Below are positions 24,038 to 35,252 of a stretch of DNA of 64,000 nucleotides, piece by piece. The position numbers and the translations under genes are program-made. Numbering within the stretch: position 1 is the first letter of the stretch; the number at the start of each line of letters is the position of its first letter. The notes under the pieces are model-generated. The model was given only the letters and a program-made list of their open reading frames with translations. It was not told the origin of the DNA and did no database searches. The stretch is from Bugula neritina (taxonomy: Eukaryota; Animalia; Bryozoa): NCBI GenBank assembly GCA_964035545.1, contig OZ037767.1, positions 19,236,628 through 19,300,627 of the forward strand. The letters are read 5' to 3'.

Positions 24038-27000
24038 ATGGCGTCCAGTTCAACTCCCAGTCCCAATTCACCACCACCAACACTTACGTCCAAGAAAGAC
24101 AAAAAAGATGATACTGGTCTTTTTGAAAGGATTGGTACCTTTGGCCGCAAAAAGAAAGCAATCAATAAAGATGGTTAGTCACCTAAGCTCTCGTGGTCAC
24201 ATTTAGTTTAGTTGACTAAAGCTGTAGTACTAACTTGACTATTCGCATCTTAATTCTGTGAAGTAGCAGGTTTCTTAGTAATGCAATGCAGTTCCAACTT
24301 TGTAACTAAGAAATATTAGCTCTGCCAGTGAACTAAAAGTGTCATATATCTCAATATCATATCACTCAATGATATGCCATGTAATTATAAATATGAACAC
24401 CGGCATAGCAAAGAATCGTGACCAATTTGTTTGAGTCATAAGTAAATGATTTTATGCTAATGCTTACTCTTGTGCTCAAAATTACCAACAGATAGTAGTC
24501 ATTGTTCAAGCCTGTAATAGTGCTCTTTATTATCCCAACAGTTGGATTGCTGGTTGTCAATTCATTACCGCCGCCTCCAAGTTTTTCTTTTTCTTTATTG
24601 CTTTTTAGAATTTGGTTTTAAAATGCTATGTTTTCCGTTTTTGGTAAAATCAACATTTTATCAACTTGACTTGACAATGACTAAGTTTTAAGAATAAAAT
24701 TAGTAAGTTTCAATATTAATTCTTTAAATTAGTTGGTACAAATATTTTTAGAATTATTTAGGATAGTTTTTTTTGTTCTTTTGAATTAATATTTATATTA
24801 TAATTCTGAAGAGGAGTATTGTTTGTTAATTGTTGCTATTTGCATATTATATGAAAATTTCATAAATTTGATTGGTTACAGTTCAAGGTGTCTCTAACAT
24901 AAGATTTTTCCTCCACTGAATGACCTAGTATAGAAGAAAAGTCATGGACACAGCTTGTATTGTCCACGTTTCATTTTTATCTGAGCGGGCCTTTAGCTCT
25001 AGCTATACAATATTTTTATTTCTATGTACAGTTTTCCCTCTGTGTCTCACTAAGCTACAGATCTCAAAACCTGAATTTGTGACACACTAAAATACCAGAT
25101 TCAACTTCCGGATCCATATAATTTGGCCATTTTGTCCCTATACATACATACATAAGCCACAAAACTGAGGTCCAAGTCCTTCTCCTGCCCTAGGAAATTT
25201 TGTGAGAACAGGATCCGTGAGCTACGGATGGAGCACTGTATTGGTATTCGCCTACTCATTGTGCATGTCTTTTGGAATTTAGCCCAAGATCTGGCTGATG
25301 AGAGTCAAAAGTTCTCGGAGCATTCCACAGCAACCGCCCCTGTTGTCATTGATTATGAGCCAGAGAGCTACGTTCTTGAAGAAAATGAGGAGCGTTCTAT
25401 GATAGAACCACAGTCTAAAAATGATCCTAAACTCAAAAATATAATACAGGTGAACTATGTGCCCGAGCTATTTCATGGTTTCTCATGGGTCTTTTAGTAT
25501 TCTAAAATTTTAAGTCAGTTTGAAAAGCAAGTTATAAAGGTTTTGTACGGCTAGTTTCCCTGTATGCTTAGGTGCTGTTGGACTGGATCAATGATGAATT
25601 GGCCAACCATAGAATTATTGTAAAGGATATTCAGGAAGATATGTATGACGGACAGGTGTTACAGAAACTAGTTGGTGAGTATGGGCTCTCCTTTCACAGA
25701 GGTTTTGTATGTCTCGGTTAAAATAGGAAGTCATAGTAAATGGAGTTGCTAACAAATGCTAACTTTTGAATTTCTAAGTTGGTACTGATAATGTTGTGTT
25801 CTACCAATGCAAAGGCATACGTTTCTTTCATGACTGTATTTTATGATTACAGTTTGCGAGCTTGCTAAATGTGATATTGGGTTGTCTTTCAATTTGCAAT
25901 TTATTAGTTGTTGTTTCATGCCGGACTCAAAGGTCGTATTTGATTTTATTTGAAGCCCAAGGTCATATCATTTTACTTGTGTTGTACAACTAGAATGAGT
26001 TGTCATTTTACACTTTTGTACATTACCAACCTTGGGCTCTGTTATTTCAAACAGTCTCTTATAACATTTCTCCCAACTGCAAGCAGAATAAAATTATCTT
26101 TGTTTAGCTTGTGACAGACTAAATTTATTTAACCAATCTGATAAAAAATATGAAATTTTATTTTCTTGTAATGCACTAAAAACTTGCTTACCAACATAAA
26201 ATCTCAGCTAATAAGCATTTTCTATATTTCTCGGATCGCCAAAAGCTGCACCATTGTGTCTGTATACAGCTTGATTATTGAGTTACCCGATGTGAGTAAA
26301 TGTAACATAGCTAACTCAAAAAGTTTATACTTTTTAGAGCAGTTGGCAAATCTGAAGATTGAGGTGCCAGAAGTAACTCAGTCTGAGATTGTACAGAAAC
26401 AGAAGTTGAAGGTGGTACTGGAGGTGGTGAGTCACATTCTCAACCTGCCACCTCACAGCACTCAACGATGGAATGCAGATAGTGAGTAACTATTATACTG
26501 TGAGTAATTATTATACTGTGAGTAACTATTATACTGTGAGTAACTATTATACTGTGAGTAACTATTATACTGTGAGTAACTATTACACTGTGAGTAACTA
26601 TTACACTGTGAGTAACTATTACACTGTGAGTAACTATTATACTGTGAGTAACTATTATACTGTGAGTAACTATTATACTGTGAGTAACTATTATACTGTG
26701 AGTAACTATTATACTGTGAGTAACTATTATACTGTGAGTAACTATTATACTGTGAGTAACTATTATATTGTGAGTAACTATTATACTGTGAGTAACTATT
26801 ACACTGTGAGTAACTATTATACTGTGAGTAACTATTATACTGTGAGTAACTATTATACTGTGAGTAACTATTATACTGTGAGTAACTATTATACTGTGAG
26901 TAACTATTATACTGTGAGTAACTATTATATTGTGAGTAACTATTATACTGTGAGTAACTATTGCACTGTGAGTAACTATTATACTGTGAGTAACTATTAT

Positions 27001-30000
27001 ACTGTGAGTAACTATTATACTGTGAGTAACTATTATACTGTGAGTAACTATTATACTGTGAGTAACTATTATATTGTGAGTAACTATTATACTGTGAGTA
27101 ACTATTACACTGTGAGTAACTATTATACTGTGAGTAACTATTATACTGTGAGTAACTATTATACTGTGAGTAACTATTATACTGTGAGTAACTATTATAC
27201 TGTGAGTAACTATTATACTGTGAGTAACTATTATATTGTGAGTAACTATTATACTGTGAGTAACTATTGCACTGTGAGTAACTATTATACTGTGAGTAAC
27301 TATTATACTGTGAGTAACTATTATACTGTGAGTAACTATTATACTGTGAGTAACTATTATACTGTGAGTAACTATTATATTGTGAGTAACTATTATACTG
27401 TGAGTAACTATTACACTGTGAGTAACTATTATACTGTGAGTAACTATTATACTGTGAGTAACTATTATACTGTGAGTAACTATTATATTGTGAGTAACTA
27501 TTATACTGTGAGTAACTATTACACTGTGAGTAACTATTATACTGTGAGTAACTATTATACTGTGAGTAACTATTATACTGTGAGTAACTATTATACTGTG
27601 AGTAACTATTATACTGTGAGTAACTATTATACTGTGAGTAACTATTATATTGTGAGTAACTACTTTGTAGTTGTACTGTGAGTAACTATTGTCACCTTAA
27701 CCTTTTGATAGATTTTATTACCATTTACTTAAACACATTAAACATTCTTGCTGAAATATATGAGAACAGTTGGATTGATAAGGTTAATTCTTCTGCCACT
27801 ATTTATTATTGAGTTTCTATTTTTGGTTAGTGACCCTTTTATAGGTGTGTAATGTGATTACATAACCTCAAGTCACCCATAAAAGTAACTCATAAGCCTT
27901 TTGAATCATCCTCTCATCACGTGACACATGAGACCTAGGTAATAAAGAAGTTGTGTCATTTTGTGGTGCTTGTGGCTCACTAATATCTCACTGGGGATTA
28001 GACTCTACTTTAAGTAGGTTTTAGATTTAACTGAGATGAAAGTATTAATTCTTTGACCACTTAGAAATAATATTGCTTTATTTTTTGTAAAAGAAAAAAA
28101 ACACATTTGTATTTTACTGCATTATGCAGCAAATTTATAGTATACCTGAAAGAGTTGGAGTAGTAGAGAGTAACTGAAAGTTGCTGTGAATAGCTGAGAG
28201 TAACTGAGAGTATGGCAGCTAATAATTTGGTATCAGACTTTTGCAATTATGTAGTCTGCAACAGAAAGCTAGGTGACTGGTCAACTCCTTTGTCAAACTG
28301 ACTTCACATATCAAAATATATTTGATATCAACTTATTTACATCAAATTTGAGTGAGGAGTAAGTGAGGATATGATGATTGAAACTTCTTTCAGTGTGTAA
28401 GCTTTTCTCGTGTAGTCAATATTCAATGTGTAACCCTTACAGATATACACAGCAAGAACCTTGTATCAATCCTTCACCTTCTGGTGGCCTTGGTGAGACA
28501 CTTTAGACCACCTGTTAGACTACCAGAGTATGTCAGTGTAAATGTTGTTGTGGTGCAGAAGCAAGGCGGCATCCTCCATTCCTGGAAAGTGTCCGAAGAA
28601 ATAACTGGTGCTAATGAGTAAGTACTGTTTACGATGTTCCACTAATAATATAGTAGCAGTAGTTGTATTGATAGTATGGGGGGATGATTCAATATGTGGG
28701 TCACCTTGATTTTTCAAGCTGTCCCATAAGGTAACAGAATGAGATATATTCAGAAGAGAAATATATAGATTTTAAATTTAACAAAAACATTGTTTTATAA
28801 AAATTTCTATTTTAGGTTTTTTTAATGGCAATATTATATTTCAGTGTTAATTAGATACTGGTAATGCAAGCCAGATAATTTATTATGAATTTCTGATAAT
28901 TTTTTTGGTATTTCTGAAAATAAAGCATTTTGTTCTAAATAGTTGGCCTAATCTTTCGGATATGATCGTAGTAATATTTACAATTCTTGTTTTATCCAGC
29001 TCTATCTATATAACACTATTACGCTACACTTTATATCTATTCGATTTTAGTCTTCTGTATCTATAATATTCTATTGTAGTTTATCTGTGCTTTACTCTAT
29101 TTTATAAAAACATATTTATAACTCTATATTTTATAACTCTATAATTTATACTCAATATTCTACTACATTTATATTTATATGTATTATATGTTTACTTTAT
29201 GAGAAAAATGGGTTTTTAAGTTGCTAGTAGGTTAGTCTAACATAGATAGAATATAGCATAGAATATTGTGTAAAATTTAGCATATGATATAGACTATAGC
29301 ATATAATATCATCGTATATATTATTGTGGGTATGGAATATAGTCTACTATAAAGTCTGCATTAATTATATTGTTTATACTTCTAGTTTATAAACTAGGTG
29401 CAAGTTTATAGTCACTATCCCTGTGAGAGAACCCCTGATAGAAAGGGTTTTTGTTAAAGCGGGCTAAGGACTTATTTAAATGAGGCACAGGAGCAATTAT
29501 GATTGGATGCTCTTCCTAACATCACCAATGGCCTTTGTCGGGCTTGAACCCATGACTTCATGCTTACTAGACAAGCGCTCTAACCCCTAGGGCCTAGACC
29601 ATAGGTGCTCCCTTATACTTCTAGTTTATATCTGTAGTTTATACTCACTCAAATTCACTCTAGTTTATAGTCGGCATCCCTGTGAGAAACCCCTGATGGA
29701 AGGGTTTTTGTTAGAACGGGCTAAGGACTCGTTCAGATGAGGCACAGGAGCAATTATGACTGGGTGCTCTTCCTAACATCACCAATTTGAACCTCCAAAC
29801 GCTCTAACCCCTAGACCATGGGTGCTCCCTAATTAATACTATATTTTAGTTTTTTAGTATGTTTTCACATCCATCATATATGATTAAAATAGAGTGAATT
29901 TCATTTTTGTCATCGGGACTGTTTCTGCTACTTTTCAGCTGCCAATGACTGTTAGAGCGCACATGCTGACATAGACGTATACACATCTACTATTTTATCA

Positions 30001-33000
30001 ACACTTGAAAAATATCTGTTCTCACTTATAATATAAAGTATCTCAGTCAATGTCAAATATATTCATCCACTGTGTGTGACTGTGAGGTAACCAGTTCCTT
30101 CTGTGTAGGAGTAACAGGTCAATTTCTTCACAGTTTGTAACTTGGATAATAATTGGCAGGTTTACAGTTTCCTCATATTAGCTCTCACTTCAGATTACGT
30201 AGCAGTTACCTTGAAATACACTAAAATAGTCGAGGTAATTAGGCTTGTTATGTAAAGTCACACATCTTATGGGTCAGGTTGACTATTATTGTAAGTGAGT
30301 TAGCATAACAACTGAGTCTAACAGTATAGTATAGGTGTAGCTAGTGAGTAATAAGAATAAAGATAGAAAAAATTAAATTATATTTTATTAAACTTAATAG
30401 ATTACCATGGCTAGTGTGGTTGTTTCGATCACCATGGTTACTAGGGTCACTATGGTTACTAGGGTCACCATGGTTACTAGGGTCACTATCACGGGCTTTC
30501 CATGTACCGATCTCAGATCGATCTCGCTGAGATCGATCTGAGAAATGTACTCAGATCGATCGTTTTTCCATGAGAGTGTCAGATCGATCTTGCGAAGTTG
30601 CTTCCTCTTAAGTGAAGGATACTTTAAAAGTATAATTTGTTCACCTATTTGAGTGATTAAAGCTACTACTGTTGAAAACAAGATGGTCGTAGTCTAAAAT
30701 TTAATCCCAGCTATAAACTATACGTAGCAAAGCTTTCAGTGTATAGTAATTTGGCCAATTTAAAATAATTAATTTTAATTTTTTAGTTTGACAGCTTATA
30801 TAAAATTATTGGCTGTCTTGTAGATTATTAATAAACTTACAGGATTGTTAGGCTTAAAATTACAAAGAAAATAGCTAATAAAACTAAGTTTTATTAGTCA
30901 TTTAAATTCAATTCAAATTCTCCCATTTTTTTTACCTTCTACTGCATATAATTGAGTTTTCTTAATCATTGTACTGAAAGTCAAAGTTTTGGCATCTGAA
31001 AAGGTGGCTATCATAATTATTTAATACTTTGCTTAGTAATTATCAATAAGTTATCATTTTTATTAGCAGACAACATTGTAGCGCGCAGTCTTTTTCTACT
31101 TCTCAGATCGATCTTTGGCGTCTTTCCATGGATCGATCTCACTAAGATCGATCTGAGATCGGTACATGGAAAGCCGGTGTATGGTTACTAGGGTCACCAT
31201 GGTTACTAGGGTCACTATGGTTACTAGGGTCACTGTGGTTACTAGGGTCACTGTGGTTACTAGGGTCACTATGGTTACTAGGGTCACTGTGGTTACTAAG
31301 GTCACTATGATTACTATGGTCACTATGGTTACAGTATTAACTATTGTCACTAGCTACTAAAATTACCTTGGGTATTCAATTAATTGCTATAAATTTATTG
31401 TCTAAAGTATAATTAGAATTGCTCCTTTAAGAAGCACTAATAGAACATGTTGCTAACCTCTGTATTTAATTATGTTCTGAATATGGGCTCATCTCAGACC
31501 CCCAACTTTGCATGCACACTGAGCATTACCTTCTTCACATTACAATGACAGGAAACATATATAGCTGTGGTTGAATAGAACTTTGCTTCATAAAATATTT
31601 TTGCAGTTTTCAGTTTTTGCTTCATTCGTTAGTTGGCAGCTTTACAAAAGTATTGCTAAGAATGCTAGATGCTGGATAAGTTTACCATCAAGCTTCAACC
31701 TTTACCATAACACCTGGTAATGTTAGATTGGCGCAGTAGACCTACTGCGCCAATCTAACATTACATACAAAATTACAATTGAATATTGAATTACAAATAA
31801 ATATTGAAAATTGCTGGTTCAACTTATGCTGTTGACCAAAGTTTTGAGGTGTATGCAATTTTAGCAGCCTCAAATATAAGCCCCAGTTAATTAAGTTTTT
31901 CATTTTAAAAAAGCTGCAGGTAAAGTTTATAGGTGCCTACAACCACCAAAGTTGGTAATGCCAGAGCTTCTCAGTTTTGATGGTGCTTGTACCTGCTCTT
32001 GCATTGTTCTGATATTTTAACGCATAATATTTATTAAAATTGAAGGTAATTATTGTATTAATAATAGAAAAAGGTTTGTTATTGAGTATCACCTCCAGAT
32101 GATGTTGAAACTTTCCTTATTTTGTCTTGAGGAGTTTCTATTGAATAACCAATTTATCAATCATGTTGTAGTGATATTGGAGCCCGGTTTGAAAGGGATG
32201 CATTTGACACTCTGTTTGACCATGCTCCTGATAAATTGAGTGTTGTTAAAAAGGTGAGTGTGGGATACTGTCTATATACAGGGTATGTTAGCTAGCCATT
32301 TTTCCAAACGGGTTTTTTGGAAGTTCTGGCACTTTATCCCAAAAATATGAAGCGATAAAAATATTCAATATTACCATAAAGGTATTATACTGCAATCATA
32401 CGGCCAGTAGTCATTTGTTCATGTAACATTTTGAAAGTGAAATTCAGAATATAAGGAAGGAGGGTGTTGACACCAACTTAATAAGTTATCATTTTCAACC
32501 ACTCAATGTTAACATTATTTCTAATTTTGGATTCTTTAGTGTTGCTACTTCAAGTTGGCATGTGCTTGAGTTTTTTACTAGATGGTAGGTTTTTAAAAAC
32601 GATGGTAATTTTCACTTTGAATGTAAATTTCTAAAAGTGCATAAATGCAAGCTATTTTAGCAAGGTTTAAGATGGAAGCAGTAAAAGTAATATAATTGTT
32701 CGTCTGTAGAAAGTATATATTCACTCGATGATGTGGAGGTATAAACATGGAGGTGTGAATGTAACAGATAGTTGAATGTACTGTAAATGTGCATAAGTTT
32801 TAGTGAGGTGTTTGAAGAAAGCATTCTTTTAAAGAAAATTTTACTGTTGCTGTCTATTACCTGCTATATGTCGGAATGACAAACCTAGTATACTGTTCAA
32901 CAAAGTTAGATTTATTGTTTTTATTTTCTATGATTGAGGAAATAATGTAAATGAAACCATGCAGAGCATATCTGAGAAAACACTGTTGAGAAAGCATTGC

Positions 33001-35252
33001 TCCATGTTACTTAGTTGAGATGTTCTGTTATTGTGCTTGCATATTTTAATTTAAATGCACATAAAATTGTAATCATTTATAATAATATCTATAATAAAAA
33101 TAATATGAACAGATTCTGCCCAGTAATTAGATTTTATAAACAGTTGTTGGTTCTGAACATGTAGTAATATGACTGATGCCTCTTGTATGCATAACACTTT
33201 CTACTGGTGGCTATTGCCCTCTACTGTGCTCTTGTATTTGATTATTGTTAAAGAAAAACTTAGTCATGTGGGCTACAGCTAGTAGCCTGTAAAACCTCAC
33301 AACTTATACTGTGAAACCTACAACGAAATAATTTTGGAGGCTAGACAGATGTATTGTAGAACATATAACTAATTTCCCAAGTTAGTGGTGGGCTGTTTCA
33401 CTGATTGTACTCTACCAACTAATTTTGTGTTTCATTGCTCTGCTATCTAGTATCATCTTTGAATATTCAGTAAAATAATAGATAAGATTTGACAGCTACT
33501 AGTTGCTGCTCTTAAGTGCAGTTCATCACCTGGGAGTTATCTTTTCTTTTTTATTGTGACTCAGGGAAGATAACTCTATGATTGTTTTTGTAGTCGCTCA
33601 TCACTTTTGTCAACAAGCATCTGAATAAAGTGAACCTGGAAGTGACAGACTTAGATAGACAGGTACTTTTACAGTTCTACTAGTTCCTGGATAGTATATA
33701 CATGTGTATGCTACTATATACTAGTTCCAGGATAGTATATACATGTGTATGTTATTCTCTACTAGTTTCAGGATAGTATATACATGTGTATGTTATTCTC
33801 TACTAGTTCCAGGATAGTATATACATGTGTATGTTACTATCTCCTAGTTCCAGGATAGTATATACATGTGTATGTTACTATCTACTAGTTCCAGGACAGT
33901 ATATACATGTGTATGTTATTCTCTACTAGTTCCAAGATGGTATATACATGTGTATGTTTTTCTCTACTAGTTCCAGGATAGTATATACATGTGTATGTTA
34001 CTCTCTACTAGTTCCAAGATGGTATATACATGTGTATGTTTTTCTCTACTAGTTCCAAGATGGTATATACATGTGTATGTTATTCTCTACTAGTTCCAAG
34101 ATGGTATATACATGTGTATGTTATTCTCTACTAGTTCCAGGATAGTATATACATGTGTATGTTATTCTCTACTAGTTCCAGGATGGTGTGTACATGTGTA
34201 TGCTAATGGGGCTTCTAGAGGGATTCTTCATCCCCCTGTACAGCTATCACATCACTCCAGTGACCGAAGAGCAAAAGATACACAATGTTGCCTTAGCCTT
34301 TGAACTCATGGATAATGCTGGACTTCCCAAACCTAAGGCTAGAGCTGAAGGTAGGCAATTCAAAGCATAGTACGATGCTTCCTCCGTATCTCTTGGTTCC
34401 CTTTCTTGTGAGATTCCACAGGTCACGAGAAGGGCTTGGACCCCTGTTTTGTGGCTTATGTATATGTGCATAGAAACAAAATGTCTGAATTTAACGGGTC
34501 CGTGAGTTAAATATGGTATTCTACTATGTCACAAATCCAGCTTTTGTGACCTTGGCTTAGTGAGATATGGAGGGAGCACTACTTCATTCAACAGCTCTTT
34601 GACTGTTTGAAAAATGATTATTGTCAATGTGGATTATATTAGAGACAAAAAAGATCTACCATTTAAAACTTACGTAAGTTTTTTTACTTAGGTTAATAAT
34701 GTGTGGAGATGAGAGGTGGGTCGTTTTACTTAATTTAGTACAGACTGGAAATCTCTAGGTTTTAGCTATTTTTCACAGTTTAGCTGCTAATGAACATGAG
34801 TTTTTGCCCAAAACTAGTAAAATATCAATAAATACACCTAAATAATCAAGGTTCTTCTTAATTTTGCTTGATTTCTCATGTTTTTCCTTAATTCTTCAGC
34901 TACTTCTGATTGCGGACCGTTACAGTTTTTTCGTAATGGTCCGCAATCAGAAGTAGCTGGAGAATTAGGGAAAAACATGAGAAATCAAGCAAAACTAAGA
35001 AGAACCATGATTATTTAGGTGCATTTATTGATATTTTATTAGTTTTGAGCAAAAACCCATGTTCATTAGCAGCTAAATTGTGAAAAATAGCTAAAAACTG
35101 GATATTTCCAGTGTGTGCTAAATTATGTAAAATGGCCCAGGTTTATGTTGATAAATATTTTATTTTTGTTTTCAGATATTGTGAGTGGAGATTTGAAGTC
35201 TACGTTAAGAGTTCTATATAACCTGTTCACCAGGTACAAAAATATCAGCTAA
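24038..35252 (+). CDS. parvin (PARVA/PARVB): Parvin (alpha/beta-parvin homolog, two calponin-homology domains; 375 aa, 9 coding exons)
   Basis: Exons 24038-24173, 25283-25449, 25572-25674, 26338-26481, 28443-28617, 32172-32253, 33594-33662, 34176-34350, 35176-35252; total 1128 nt, open. Motifs LEENEERSMIEP, WINDELANHRIIVKDIQEDMYDGQVLQKL, ERDAFDTLFDHAPDKL, FQDGVYMCMLMGLLEGFFIPL, DLKSTLRVLYNLFTRYK. Confidence 0.95.
25029..25238 (-). mobile_element. Tc1/mariner(pogo)-type MITE, family copy 2 (inverted)
   Basis: TA|CAGT..CCCTC ... GGAGCACTG|TA; reverse-complement similarity to 10933-11188. Confidence 0.75.
26482..27690 (+). repeat. 18-bp minisatellite (GTGAGTAACTATTATACT, ~66-67 copies) whose first unit is the parvin 5' splice site
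   Basis: The exon ends GAT A| at 26481 and the array starts at the donor GT (26482). Variant units recur every 306 bp. Confidence 0.95.
29392..29612 (-). mobile_element. tRNA-derived SINE, full-length copy with TSD
   Basis: Same family as 14260-14480; 18-bp TSD TTATACTTCTAGTTTATA on both sides (29374-29391, 29613-29630). Confidence 0.85.
29661..29829 (-). mobile_element. tRNA-derived SINE, internally deleted copy
   Basis: Same ends as the preceding copy, with much of the tRNA-like head deleted. Confidence 0.75.
30430..31332. repeat. 18-bp minisatellite (GGTTACTAGGGTCACTAT) split by a MITE
   Basis: Units on both sides of 30490-31179 continue in register. Confidence 0.85.
30490..31179. mobile_element. 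690-bp MITE with CAC...GTG termini and 3-bp TSD (CMC/CACTA-Chapaev-like)
   Basis: ~49-bp TIRs CAC(G/C)GGCTTTCCATGTACCGATCTCAGATCGATCT; TSD TAT (30487-30489, 31180-31182); subterminal AGATCGATC palindromes. Superfamily assignment is inference. Confidence 0.85.
31717..31764. repeat. Perfect palindrome with 23-bp arms and a 2-nt spacer
   Basis: GTAATGTTAGATTGGCGCAGTAG-AC-CTACTGCGCCAATCTAACATTAC. Confidence 0.9.
33684..34175 (+). repeat. 41-bp x12 tandem array of exon start plus splice acceptor, filling a parvin intron
   Basis: Units start at 33684, 33725 ... 34135 and the true exon at 34176 is the 13th register. Unit TTCCAGGATAGTATATACATGTGTATGTTATTCTCTACTAG vs exon start TTCCAGGATGGTGTGTACATGTGTATG. 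Confidence 0.95.
34373..34581 (+). mobile_element. Tc1/mariner(pogo)-type MITE, family copy 3 (degraded ends)
   Basis: ATTCCACAGG..GAAGGGCTTGGACCCC..TTTGTGGCTTATG..GGTATTCTACTATGTC..AGTGAGATATGGAGGGAGCACT shared with copy 1. Confidence 0.7.
34718..35138. mobile_element. Foldback/palindromic MITE (~206-bp arms, ~9-nt loop), Sola2-like ends
   Basis: GGG...CCC termini, 4-bp TSD AGGT (34714-34717, 35139-35142); arms roughly 85-90% complementary, centre at ~34928. Confidence 0.85.

Noticed and set aside
26473-27681. 402-aa ORF of (TVSNYY)n
   Set aside because: It is the 18-bp intronic minisatellite read in a stop-free frame; it lies inside a parvin intron and is out of frame with parvin.
33684-34175. 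CRISPR-like appearance of regularly spaced repeats (also 26482-27690)
   Set aside because: Units are contiguous with no unique spacers, there are no cas genes, and the context is eukaryotic introns.
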